From: Fibrobacterales bacterium
GTDB taxonomy: Bacteria > Fibrobacterota > Fibrobacteria > Fibrobacterales > JAOPTW01
DNA: 64,000 bases
Assembly (NCBI GenBank): GCA_051532055.1
Contig: JAOPTX010000010.1
Span: 62,108-126,107 of the forward strand
Reading direction: 5' to 3'
Part shown: in pieces, positions 28,016 through 37,689 of the stretch
How the letters are laid out: every line of letters begins with the position of its first letter
Numbering within the stretch: position 1 is the stretch's first letter
Position numbers and translations under genes: made by a program
The notes under the pieces: generated by a model
What the model saw: only the letters and a program-made list of their open reading frames with translations
What the model was told of the DNA's origin: nothing
Databases searched by the model: none

Positions 28016-28822
28016 TTATTGACCTTCGGCTCGCCAACTATTGAGGTGGATCTTCCGCATCAAGAGTCGATCTTCACCAAAATTTTTATCCTCATAAAAA
28101 ATGACAGCTTTGTCAGATTCAAAGAGATTGATTTGTGTAGAATCTTGAGCTCGAGAAGTGTCGAGTTTGTTTCGGTAGAGTACTGTCGTTCCGGTATAGG
28201 GATTAGGGCTCGTTTCAGAGGCCAAAAAAATATCTACACCAGGTTTACTCAATGGCTGAGTAAATAGCTTGGTGTGATTGGATACGGTATAGTGATACTG
28301 AGTGTTGGTTATGGATGCAGTATAATTTCCACTAGAATCAAAAACAATCATATTTGAACAATCGCCTCCCATTGGGAGGGATATGGTGTCGTTATAGATT
28401 TCTTCTGAGGTTATGAGGATTCTATCGCTCTGTTGCTTAATAAGCACTTCTGGGGCGCTCTGACGGCCAATGATATGGAGTACACCGCCATCTATGAGAG
28501 TCTGACTTACTTGGGCAATAGCTTCGAGTTCAATAGAGTCGCCAATGAGAGTGAGGGTTGGCCCAAGAAAAGGGGCCTTCTCGCCATGTGATAACATTTT
28601 AGGTTGCTTTGGGGGGTTGAACCAAACACGATACCCGGTTTTAATATTGTTGGTGTCGATACCATCGTCATGAGCAACAAAGAGAAATGAGAGTGAACTA
28701 CTTAGGGGAAGGACCCAGCCGAGATTTTCGTGTTCTCGTACGGGTTCAACAGAGTAAGTATGGAATTTTGCAAAGTAAGTCACTATTATTGTAATAAAAA
28801 GTAATATTATCGCTTTAAACAT
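28016..28822 (-). CDS. Hypothetical protein with N-terminal signal/TM
   Basis: 268-aa ORF with hydrophobic N-terminus; no recognised motif. Confidence 0.6.
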   Translation of the reverse strand: MFKAIILLFITIIVTYFAKFHTYSVEPVREHENLGWVLPLSSSLSFLFVAHDDGIDTNNIKTGYRVWFNPPKQPKMLSHGEKAPFLGPTLTLIGDSIELEAIAQVSQTLIDGGVLHIIGRQSAPEVLIKQQSDRILITSEEIYNDTISLPMGGDCSNMIVFDSSGNYTASITNTQYHYTVSNHTKLFTQPLSKPGVDIFLASETSPNPYTGTTVLYRNKLDTSRAQDSTQINLFESDKAVIFYEDKNFGEDRLLMRKIHLNSWRAEGQ

Positions 28823-28930
28823 GCAGCACCGCTCGTAAGAGTTTATTTTTTACGGGGAAAGGTGATAGCCACACCTCAATGTGCATTAAGATAGTATAAC
28901 ACATTAGATATGTGGTATAAAAGGAACGCT

Positions 28931-29530
28931 ATGCAAATCAAACAAATTCTTAATATTGCTCAAATTGCTGCGGTAGTAGGTGCGGTTTCATTATTAAGTG
29001 CCTGTGCTGGAAGTCCTCCACAATCAAGTGCGCATCAAGACACAACTATCGAACAGGGTGAGCGCTTAAATAGAACAGAAGCAGCAAAGCCTGTAGAATT
29101 GGGACGTACAAATACTTCAGAGCGGGGAAGTAAATCTCATTACGCTTTTATTTATCCTAAAGCAAATTATAACCGAGAAAAGTTAAACAATCATTTAACT
29201 CCAGTTGATGAAATGTTTAAAGGTAAAGAATATACCTTAAAGGGAATCGATACTACCCAAAGTAACAAAGACTTTTATTTTGTGAAAAACCGAGAAGTGA
29301 AGAAAGAGGAGAGTAGCTATATTCTTCAATTTGCAACTCTTGCCGACTTTGATGCAGCACAAAGACGGCTTAAGTATTTAAATCAACTTACTGGGGTACC
29401 ATTGAGGCTTATTTTTGATGCACCCTTTTATAAAATACGCGGTGGTGTGTTTGAGACGAAAGATGCCGCTGAAGAAAAGCTTATTGAGCTTCGTCAATTA
29501 GAGGTTTCTGCTTTTGTTATGAAAAAGTAG
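28931..29530 (+). CDS. SPOR-domain lipoprotein
   Basis: Lipobox LSAC; YILQFAT..DFDAA...FYKIRGGVF.TKDAA...AFV; RBS AAGGA. Confidence 0.82.
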   Translation: MQIKQILNIAQIAAVVGAVSLLSACAGSPPQSSAHQDTTIEQGERLNRTEAAKPVELGRTNTSERGSKSHYAFIYPKANYNREKLNNHLTPVDEMFKGKEYTLKGIDTTQSNKDFYFVKNREVKKEESSYILQFATLADFDAAQRRLKYLNQLTGVPLRLIFDAPFYKIRGGVFETKDAAEEKLIELRQLEVSAFVMKK

Positions 29531-29532
29531 GG

Positions 29533-31521
29533 TTAGCCTTTGAGCAAAAAAGGCTCTGGTTTGCCAAAGTAGTATCCTTGGGAAAACTCAATACCGAGCT
29601 CTTGCACTTCTTGTTGTATACCTTCTGATGATACAAATTCTGCAATAAGTTCGATCCCAAGTTTCTTGGCAAAATCCACAATTGTTTCGAGTAATATTTT
29701 AAGGTTTTGATCATTCTCAATATTGCGGATGAGTGATCCGTCAATTTTGATATAATCTATGTCAAGTCTCAAAATATGTTCGAAATTTGAATATCCTGTT
29801 CCAAAGTCATCAATGGCAATTTTACAGCCAAACTCTTTTGCTTGTCGTATAAATGTTTTAACTTCAGAGTAATTTTCGATACCATCGGATTCTAAAATTT
29901 CAAATACCACTTGGTGTCCAATGTTGTGGTGTCTTAGTTGTTCAAAAATAAAACGGGTAGTTTCTTCATTCAGCATGTCATCAGCCGACAAATTTACTGA
30001 AAATTCAAATGTGGTTCCCGCAAAACGTGCAAAGCTTTTTTCTATCATAATTTTTGAGAGCAGATTATACTGTTTGTTTTTTATAGCAATAGGGAGGAAA
30101 TTGATGGGGGCGACAACCTCTCCTGCCTCATCAATTAATCGAATGAGGCATTCATACTTCTCTATTGCGTGAGTTTGGTTATTGTATATCGGCTGAAAAT
30201 AGGGAACAAAATTTTGGTTTTCGAGGGCATGACAAATAGTGTTAGTCCATTTGATGTTCTCTTCAAATTCGCCTTGAGGAATTGTAGCATTGTTATAAAT
30301 GACATAATGTTTGCGTTTACTTTTTGCTTCGTGCAGTGCCATATCTGCTTTGCGTAAGATGTTTTCTTTGCCAATAGCTACACCAAGACTAAAACGGATT
30401 CTGATTTTATAATTCTGGTATTTAAAAATAGTATTCTGGGTAATGGTTAAAAACTTCTCGAGCCAGGCAAGAGCGTCTTGCCCTTCTACTTGGGTATGTG
30501 AGAGTATGGCGAATTCATCACCAGAAGTTCGGTAGAGGTTCCAGTGTTGGCTATTGATCTGGTTGAGAAGGAGTTCTTTAATTTGTATGAGCACTGAGTC
30601 GCCTGTTGATGTGCCATAGAAATCATTGATGTCTTTAAATGAGTCTACATCGAGAAGAATGAGATAGAGCTCATCAAACGTTGCTTTATCGATATCATAA
30701 TGAAGCTTGTTTCTGTTGGGGAGTGCAGTGAGGGTATCGAGATAGAATTGGTTAATAAGGTCTTGTTGATACCGTCGGTTTTTTTTGAATGTTTGAGTGA
30801 TGATCCCCAGAAGAGGTCGCCAGTTTTTGGGTACTTGATCTTGGAGGTTCTGGCTGTCTACAAAGTTATCTTTGAGGCTTTGAATATGTTTAGCAAGAAT
30901 AGTTATGGGTTTGATAAGATGGTTTTTTGTAAAGATATAGAAGAGCAAAAATATTACACTTAAGCCAAGTATCATAATAGTGAGATTGAGTCCGTATTCA
31001 GCTAAAAAGAGTGTTATGGGGCTCCGGTTGGGGAGAATAAGGGCAAGTTTACTTCGTTTATCATTAAATTGGTATTGAAGCATACGCATAGAGGGGAAGC
31101 TAATGAGGGAGTCGATTGTAGTGTTTTTGATTTGTAGGTAAAACTCAGAGTAGGGCAATGTGGTTGATGAGAGATAATGAGGCGGTTTATTCCCTGTTAT
31201 ATCAATTGCACCAGTTGGTTCCACGAGAAAAAGATGATGTTCGATGTCGGTTTCTTGATTAGGAAGCTTTTCTAATATATCGAGAGTTATGTCTATCTCA
31301 TTTTCGATAGCATTATTGAGGATATACGCCTTAAAATAGAAAGACTGTATGAGTGAGCTCTCTTTGAGGTATTGCTGATAATTGAATGAATTGACCTTCG
31401 AGGCGATAAAAAAGATGGCAATAAAAATCAGTAAGGCAAGCGCCATCTGGTTGAATTGCAAAAAATGGGCAAAGAGCCCCTTTAGCAGGGATGTTCGTTT
31501 CTCTCGTTTCATTACACACAC
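29533..31521 (-). CDS. Membrane GGDEF-EAL c-di-GMP turnover protein
   Basis: DTLTALPNR, FKDINDFYG..GD, RTSGDEF; FQPI, ECLIR, EILES, IDDFGTGYS, IKIDGS, SQGYYF. Confidence 0.92.
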   Translation of the reverse strand: MCVMKREKRTSLLKGLFAHFLQFNQMALALLIFIAIFFIASKVNSFNYQQYLKESSLIQSFYFKAYILNNAIENEIDITLDILEKLPNQETDIEHHLFLVEPTGAIDITGNKPPHYLSSTTLPYSEFYLQIKNTTIDSLISFPSMRMLQYQFNDKRSKLALILPNRSPITLFLAEYGLNLTIMILGLSVIFLLFYIFTKNHLIKPITILAKHIQSLKDNFVDSQNLQDQVPKNWRPLLGIITQTFKKNRRYQQDLINQFYLDTLTALPNRNKLHYDIDKATFDELYLILLDVDSFKDINDFYGTSTGDSVLIQIKELLLNQINSQHWNLYRTSGDEFAILSHTQVEGQDALAWLEKFLTITQNTIFKYQNYKIRIRFSLGVAIGKENILRKADMALHEAKSKRKHYVIYNNATIPQGEFEENIKWTNTICHALENQNFVPYFQPIYNNQTHAIEKYECLIRLIDEAGEVVAPINFLPIAIKNKQYNLLSKIMIEKSFARFAGTTFEFSVNLSADDMLNEETTRFIFEQLRHHNIGHQVVFEILESDGIENYSEVKTFIRQAKEFGCKIAIDDFGTGYSNFEHILRLDIDYIKIDGSLIRNIENDQNLKILLETIVDFAKKLGIELIAEFVSSEGIQQEVQELGIEFSQGYYFGKPEPFLLKG

Positions 31522-31795
31522 AGTGGATGCCCTTTAAAAATCGACCGACATCCTGAAAAATTGGTTCCTGGTATCAAATGAGCGCAATAGCTACAGTTGC
31601 GCTAATATATTAAGATACCCAATATATTTTTTAAATGCAATGAATTTGGTATTTTGGAAATAAGAGTGTTCATATAGTGGTAATTCTTGCCAGCTCAGGG
31701 AAAACAATGCTCCTATAACTATGCAGATATTTCCCATCCTTATGTAAAACAGTAGAGAAATCCTTTAAAATGCCTTAAAACTGCACTTTAAGTTT

Positions 31796-31810
31796 TGGCA
31801 TGGGGTTTGC
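31796..31810 (+). promoter_or_regulatory. Sigma54 (-24/-12) promoter of flgJ-flgN-flgK-flgL
   Basis: TGGCATGGGGTTTGC: GG-N10-GC. Confidence 0.85.
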
Positions 31811-31825
31811 TTTTGACTTAAGGAC

Positions 31826-32644
31826 ATGGAATGGAGTGAACAGGATGTTCATATGAAAATTGAAGCACAACAAACAGTAGTACACCCGAAAAAGGGAGAC
31901 CTGACTCCGGATCAGCAACAAAAATGGGATGTTGCACGGAAGTTTGAGGCGATGTTTGTAAATGAAATTTTCAAGTCTATGCGTAAAACAGTTACGTATG
32001 ACCCAGGAAATGAGCCTTCTCATGGAAGAAAAATCTTTACGGAAATGCTCGATCAAGAATATTCACAACTTCTCACCAAAGGACATTCGACCACTGGACT
32101 TGCAGAGGTCCTTTTTAAGCAGATGGGTGAAAAGGTTGCTCCTATAACTATTGAAAAGAATAATGCCGCAATGAATATGGCGTATTCTCTCGGGGGGCTT
32201 TCACAACAGGCGAAAGCAGTGAACGTTAACCGGGCAACACGAGAAAATCCTGAAATAAAATCGATCGAATCAATTGTACTCGAAGCTGCAGAAAAATTTG
32301 GTATCGACTCTACTCTTATAGAGAGTGTGATAAAAAATGAATCAGCGGGTAATACTCATGCGATTTCTCCCGTTGGTGCAAAAGGGTTAATGCAGTTGAT
32401 GGATGGTACGGCAAAAGAGTTAGGGGTACGTAATGTATTTGACCCTCGTGATAATATAATGGGTGGTACAAAGTATCTTAGAAAAATGCTTGATCGATTT
32501 GATAACAATGAATCCTTAGCTTTAGCAGCATATAATGCAGGGCCGGGGAATGTAGAAAAATATGGTGGCATCCCTCCGTTTAAGGAGACTCAAAATTATG
32601 TCACAAAAGTTTTAAAAGACAAAGCGGCTCTGGCAACAGAGTAG
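31826..32644 (+). CDS. flgJ: FlgJ-like rod-binding domain fused to SLT lytic transglycosylase
   Basis: ARKFEAMFVNEIFKSMRKT...FTEMLDQEY...GLAEVLFKQM; IKNESAG, SPVGAKGLMQLM, ALAAYNAGPGNV, ETQNYV; start may be ATG 31853. Confidence 0.85.
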   Translation: MEWSEQDVHMKIEAQQTVVHPKKGDLTPDQQQKWDVARKFEAMFVNEIFKSMRKTVTYDPGNEPSHGRKIFTEMLDQEYSQLLTKGHSTTGLAEVLFKQMGEKVAPITIEKNNAAMNMAYSLGGLSQQAKAVNVNRATRENPEIKSIESIVLEAAEKFGIDSTLIESVIKNESAGNTHAISPVGAKGLMQLMDGTAKELGVRNVFDPRDNIMGGTKYLRKMLDRFDNNESLALAAYNAGPGNVEKYGGIPPFKETQNYVTKVLKDKAALATE

Positions 32645-32653
32645 GAGGCAAAG

Positions 32654-33169
32654 ATGGATAAGGTAAGAAAACTCTCTGAGACACTTCGTGAACTCAAATT
32701 CGAATACACCAAATATATTGAGTGTGCCGAAGAGCAAAAAATCTTTCTCATTAAGAATGATATCGATTCACTCAATAAAGTCAATATCACAATTGAGGTA
32801 ATCAGCGTTGACCTTCAAGACCTTGAACGCCAACGTATTCAGCTTATGGAACAACTCGCAGAAGAAGCGGGAATTGAGGTATTCTCTAAGGTGATTGATA
32901 TCCAAAAATTTTATGCAACCAATCCTCATGCAAAAGAGATTGTTGCGATAGCAAAAGAATTGAAGCCACTTTTTGAAAAAGTAAAATCGATCAATACTAT
33001 AAATAATGGTTTGATCTCTACCTCACGAGACTATATCAAAACAACCCTTGCTATTGCAACGAGCGTGTTGAATCGAGGTAAGAAAGATTCATTCAAAACC
33101 TATGGTGGTACCGGCACGGTAAACCAAGGGAATAGACAGCTGAGGAGCTTGTTTAACAAGGAGGTCTAA
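32654..33169 (+). CDS. flgN: Flagellar export chaperone FlgN
   Basis: Helical LERQRIQL...NTINNGLI...TYG; located before flgK. Confidence 0.8.
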   Translation: MDKVRKLSETLRELKFEYTKYIECAEEQKIFLIKNDIDSLNKVNITIEVISVDLQDLERQRIQLMEQLAEEAGIEVFSKVIDIQKFYATNPHAKEIVAIAKELKPLFEKVKSINTINNGLISTSRDYIKTTLAIATSVLNRGKKDSFKTYGGTGTVNQGNRQLRSLFNKEV

Positions 33170-33170
33170 T

Positions 33171-35108
33171 ATGGGTATTCTTGATGCATTAAACACTGGG
33201 ATAAATGCGGTACAAGCATCACAACTTGCTATCGATGTAACCGGTCAAAACATTTCCAATGCGAATACTGATGGGTATTCACGGAAGAGAGTCAGTGTTA
33301 CCGCAGGTGCACGAAGAGACGATGCTTACGGTGAAATGGGTTCAGGTGTTGACATCAGTGGTGTTGAGCGTATCAGGAATGTATTCATTGACAGACAAAT
33401 TGATAAACAGCTTACAGAACAAGGGTATTATGAAGTTATTGATAAAACCCTAGAACGAATAGAAAATGTATTTAATGAGCCTTCCGATAATAGTTTGACC
33501 ACATCAATGGATGACTTTTGGAACTCATGGCAAGATTTAGTAAATAATCCTGCTGACCTTTCGGCCCGCGAAACAGTGCGTGCATCAGGCGAAGTGTTAG
33601 TAAATCAATTTCATACGCTTTCAACCGAGCTACGCGATTTTAAACTTTCTGTTAACGGTGATATTGAAGGGGTTGTTGAACAAGTAAATGGCCTCACGAA
33701 AGAGCTCTATAGACTCAATGAAGAGATCACTCAGGTTGAATTGTCACCAGGTTCAAATGCAAATGATAGCCGTGACCGAAGAGACTTGGTTATGAAAGAA
33801 CTTGCAGAGCTTATTCCAATAGATTATTTTGAAGATGAATTTGGTAAATACACTGTAACAACCATGGGTAACGTGATTGTTACTCCTTCGGCTACCGTAG
33901 ATATTTTGCTTGGGCGCGATGAAAAGGTTGATTCCTTGGGGAATACCTATTCTGAAGTTATCATGAAATACTCAAATAACAAGCGCGAATTTGCACCACC
34001 TTCAGGGCGGGTTGGTGGGATGCTCGAAAGCAGAGATGAACGCATTGAGAGTTTTATTGCACAGCTTAACGAAATGGCAAGCGTATTTGTAGAAGAAGTT
34101 AATTCCATCCACAATGAGGGATATACTCTTAATTTAACGACTGGGGTTAACTTTTTTGAGGCCAATAATACTAATGCGGGCAATATTGCAATTAGTTCCT
34201 CTGTACTGAATAGCGTTAATAGTATTGCGGCAGCACTTGGTGGGCAGTCTCAGGCGGGCAATGTTTCTGGTGATAATGTAAACTCGAGCACACAATTCCC
34301 TGCGGGGGATGTTATAGATTTAACGACAGACTCAACATTTGTGAATAGACCGGATACTCGTATTGCGGCTAATTCAATGACTGTTGTATCGGGTGGTGCG
34401 GTGATGACAGAAGGTGTCGATTACACTGTTGATTACCTCAATGGCACCGTGACACGTCTCGGTGCTGGTGCAATACCTGCTCTGGGCGCTATCTCTGTCA
34501 ATTATGATTGGGGTGTGCAAATCCCTGCAACGTATCCTGCAACTATCTCAATTGATTTAACGTCCTTCGATCCACAATATACTGAACTTGATGCAGGTTC
34601 TGTTGTGGTCAAAGATAGTCGCCCGCCTAATGATGTTTTAGAAGAGGGGCCTGGTGGTGATTTTGTTGTTGATTATGATAATGGTATTATATCGTTTGTA
34701 AATACTGCTCGTTTTGTAGCTGGTGATACGGTTATTGTTGAATTTAACCATAAGACAGATAAATATCGTGGTCGTGGTGATGGGGAAAATGCCCTCAATA
34801 TCGCCAATATTCGTGAACAATTGACGATGATTCCCGATTCATTAGGGAATCCTACCCAGACAATACAAGAGTACTACTCTTCGTTTATCGGCCGACTCGG
34901 TGTTGAGCGAAATGAGGCTGAAGCAAATAAAGAGACTCGTGAGCATATTGTAGAACAACTCAATAAGCGACAACAGGAGATTTCGGGTGTATCTCTCGAT
35001 GAAGAGATGGCTAACATGATAAAATTTGAACATACCTTTCAGGCGAGTGCAAAATTTATCAACACCGTCGATACTCTCCTTCAAACCATCATTGGATTAG
35101 GAGCGTAA
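33171..35108 (+). CDS. flgK: Hook-associated protein FlgK
   Basis: VTGQNISNANTDGYSR, DDFWNSWQDL, SGVSLDEEMANM..F. Confidence 0.95.
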   Translation: MGILDALNTGINAVQASQLAIDVTGQNISNANTDGYSRKRVSVTAGARRDDAYGEMGSGVDISGVERIRNVFIDRQIDKQLTEQGYYEVIDKTLERIENVFNEPSDNSLTTSMDDFWNSWQDLVNNPADLSARETVRASGEVLVNQFHTLSTELRDFKLSVNGDIEGVVEQVNGLTKELYRLNEEITQVELSPGSNANDSRDRRDLVMKELAELIPIDYFEDEFGKYTVTTMGNVIVTPSATVDILLGRDEKVDSLGNTYSEVIMKYSNNKREFAPPSGRVGGMLESRDERIESFIAQLNEMASVFVEEVNSIHNEGYTLNLTTGVNFFEANNTNAGNIAISSSVLNSVNSIAAALGGQSQAGNVSGDNVNSSTQFPAGDVIDLTTDSTFVNRPDTRIAANSMTVVSGGAVMTEGVDYTVDYLNGTVTRLGAGAIPALGAISVNYDWGVQIPATYPATISIDLTSFDPQYTELDAGSVVVKDSRPPNDVLEEGPGGDFVVDYDNGIISFVNTARFVAGDTVIVEFNHKTDKYRGRGDGENALNIANIREQLTMIPDSLGNPTQTIQEYYSSFIGRLGVERNEAEANKETREHIVEQLNKRQQEISGVSLDEEMANMIKFEHTFQASAKFINTVDTLLQTIIGLGA

Positions 35109-35109
35109 T

Positions 35110-36327
35110 ATGTCACGCGTTACTTTTACTCATATAAATAATGTAGTTCAAAGAAACCTACAAAATAACTACTCGAAACTTGCAGATACGCAAGAACAGC
35201 TCTCTTCGGGTAAAAGAATAACTCGTCCTTCGGACGCACCAATTGATATAACTAATGACCTAGAGCTTCGTAGTGGTATTAGTACTAAACATCAGTATGT
35301 ACGGAATACACAGGATGCAGAGTCGTATCTTCTAATGGTTGATGCAACATTAAACTCAAGTAATAATGTATTGCAGTCCATACGTGAACGCGCTATTCAA
35401 GGGGCAAACTCAACGAATACTGCAGTAGAACGAGAGTATATCGCACGTGAAGTAAGACAGTTGCTCTATCAAATGGTCGCTGTTTCAAACTCTACTTATA
35501 AAGGTGACTTTCTCTTCTCAGGAACCAATACTGATAAACAACCCTTTGTTGTGGAAACTTCAACAGAAGAATTCTACACAGCAGTGAATGACCTTAATGA
35601 TAACACTGAACAGGCGGCGGGTGGGATGTTCCCAGGGTCGACTCATCAACTCTTTGATAGAGATCTCACTGATGGGCAAAACACCCCAAATCTTCTCGGG
35701 TATCCTGAAGTTAAAGGGATGGTGCCTGGTACCGTGTCGATTACAGGGTTAACGGAGAATGAGGATTACACCATCAATTATCCCGATGGTACCATTACAT
35801 TTATCGATGACCCAACGAATCCCGGTAACCTCACGCCTAATGCCCAAGCGGCTCAGGCATCTGGCTTTAGTATTGACTATGAGTGGATTCGTAGAGGTGA
35901 GCACGATATGACCGGTTCAATAATGCGACAGCTTGATGAGAGTGTCACTGGTCAGATTAATCTTATTCCTGATGAGATTTTTGGAAAAATAAATGAAACG
36001 GACTTGTTTGAGTCGATTAACATTATGCTGTATGGCCTTGAACAGAATGATCCCGTTAAAATAGAAGAGTCAATTACTGATATCGACGCTGCATTTGAGC
36101 GGTTGCTTTCAGCTCAGGCCACAGCAGGTGCGCGGACTAATAAAATTACAGCAGGACGGGATCGTCTCGGAGATAAAATTATCGAATCGACCCGAATTCA
36201 ATCGGAACTTGAAGACTTAGACTTTGCTGAGGCAATATCACGCTTTCAGCTACAGGAGTCGGTCTATCAAGCGTCACTGCAATCAGCTTCGAAGGTGCTC
36301 CAGCCAACCTTGGCGAACTATGTGTAG
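35110..36327 (+). CDS. flgL: Hook-associated protein FlgL
   Basis: QLSSGKRITRPSDAP, FLFSG, EDLDFAEAI, LQPTLANYV. Confidence 0.95.
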   Translation: MSRVTFTHINNVVQRNLQNNYSKLADTQEQLSSGKRITRPSDAPIDITNDLELRSGISTKHQYVRNTQDAESYLLMVDATLNSSNNVLQSIRERAIQGANSTNTAVEREYIAREVRQLLYQMVAVSNSTYKGDFLFSGTNTDKQPFVVETSTEEFYTAVNDLNDNTEQAAGGMFPGSTHQLFDRDLTDGQNTPNLLGYPEVKGMVPGTVSITGLTENEDYTINYPDGTITFIDDPTNPGNLTPNAQAAQASGFSIDYEWIRRGEHDMTGSIMRQLDESVTGQINLIPDEIFGKINETDLFESINIMLYGLEQNDPVKIEESITDIDAAFERLLSAQATAGARTNKITAGRDRLGDKIIESTRIQSELEDLDFAEAISRFQLQESVYQASLQSASKVLQPTLANYV

Positions 36328-36355
36328 TTGCTGCTAGCCGTAAAAAAACATTAAG

Positions 36356-36394
36356 AAAGACCCCTGTGTAAAAACACAGGGGTCTTTTATTTTT
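36356..36394 (+). terminator. Intrinsic terminator after flgL
   Basis: AAAGACCCCTGTGT-AAAA-ACACAGGGGTCTTT then T-rich tail. Confidence 0.9.
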
Positions 36395-36622
36395 TACTTC
36401 AACTATCAAATCAATAACGATTTGTGTAAATCCTTTGACTGTAGGGGTTTATTGACGAGAGGGTTAAATATATGGTTTCAAATTATCAATCTCTTTAAGT
36501 TTTCATACAAGGAATAAGGCATTATGTTCCTTAACTTCGGAAAAATAATCACCCTAGATGGTGATCAGATATTTTTGATCATAATTAAGCCTTTTTTTTG
36601 CAAAAAAAAGGCTTTTGTTAAT

Positions 36623-36637
36623 TGGCACACTACTTGC
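36623..36637 (+). promoter_or_regulatory. Sigma54 promoter of flagellin
   Basis: TGGCACACTACTTGC matches TGGCAC-N5-TTGC. Confidence 0.9.
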
Positions 36638-36650
36638 TTTAAACTGTGGT

Positions 36651-36692
36651 AGGAATAGCAAACGGTTAGGAAGAAGAACCGAAAGGAATGGA
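36651..36692 (+). promoter_or_regulatory. Candidate CsrA-binding GGA array in flagellin leader
   Basis: Four GGA motifs; one lies in the loop of hairpin CGGTT-AGGAAGAAG-AACCG, two overlap the RBS region. Confidence 0.7.
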
Positions 36693-36697
36693 ATCAA

Positions 36698-37549
36698 ATG
36701 ACTAGGATTAATCATAATATATCTGCAATGATTACTCAGGCATCGCTAGGGAGATCGAATAATGCCTTACAAACTTCACTCGAACGGTTGTCTACAGGAC
36801 TTCGCGTTAACAGAGCTTCAGATGATGCCGCAGGCTTATCAGTATCTGAACAGTTAAGAACACAAGTTCGCGGAACGAGAATGGCAATTAAAAATGCCGG
36901 AGATGGTACTGCACTTCTTAGAATTGCTGAGGGTGCAGCAAACGAAATTTCAGCAATGCTTCAACGTATGCGTGAACTTGCTATACAATCAGACAATGAC
37001 ACCTTGACTTCGACTGACCGTGGATACCTCGATCAGGAATTTCAGGCCCTCAAGGCTGAGATACAAAGAACAGCATTAACAACCCAATATAATGGGGTAA
37101 CACTGATTGATGGAGCAACCGGTTCCTTTGGGGTCTCAGGTGGCTCAGCATCAGTACTTCATATTGGGGCAAATAATCGCGTAGGGATTGATACATTCCA
37201 AGTCTCGATTTCATCAGTGACCATTGGCGCTCTTGGCCTTTCGACGGCAGCGATCACCGGTCGACCTGGTGTGTCAATAGCGGTTGATCAGCTTGATAGT
37301 GCACTCACTTCGGTAAATGCAATGCGTTCAGATATTGGTGCATTGATGAATCGACTTGATCATGCTGTAAATAATTTACACGTATCTGAGACAAACATGC
37401 AGTCAGCTGAATCGGTAATTCGTGATGTAGATTTTGCCTATGAGACAACGCAGTTTACTCGAAATCAAATTCTTACTCAAGCCTCGACCTCAATGCTGTC
37501 GCAAGCGAATTCAGTACCTCAATCGGTGCTCAGTTTACTCCAAGGTTAG
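36698..37549 (+). CDS. fliC: Flagellin (short, 283 aa)
   Basis: RINHNISA, ERLSTGLRVNRASDDAAGL, LQRMRELA, RSDIGALMNRL, IRDVDFA, QANSVPQSVLSLL. Confidence 0.97.
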   Translation: MTRINHNISAMITQASLGRSNNALQTSLERLSTGLRVNRASDDAAGLSVSEQLRTQVRGTRMAIKNAGDGTALLRIAEGAANEISAMLQRMRELAIQSDNDTLTSTDRGYLDQEFQALKAEIQRTALTTQYNGVTLIDGATGSFGVSGGSASVLHIGANNRVGIDTFQVSISSVTIGALGLSTAAITGRPGVSIAVDQLDSALTSVNAMRSDIGALMNRLDHAVNNLHVSETNMQSAESVIRDVDFAYETTQFTRNQILTQASTSMLSQANSVPQSVLSLLQG

Positions 37550-37571
37550 TGACACTCTTATTGATTTCATT

Positions 37572-37601
37572 AAGTTCCGGCTCAGTCAGCCGGAATTTTT
37601 T
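37572..37601 (+). terminator. Intrinsic terminator after flagellin
   Basis: TTCCGGCT-CAGTC-AGCCGGAA-TTTTTT. Confidence 0.88.
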
Positions 37602-37689
37602 GTTGGTAATTAATAATTTTGAAAAGCAAATTTTAAAACTAACTCAATTTTCCCCTTTTCCTTTTTGAATTTTAACTACATTACTTTTT

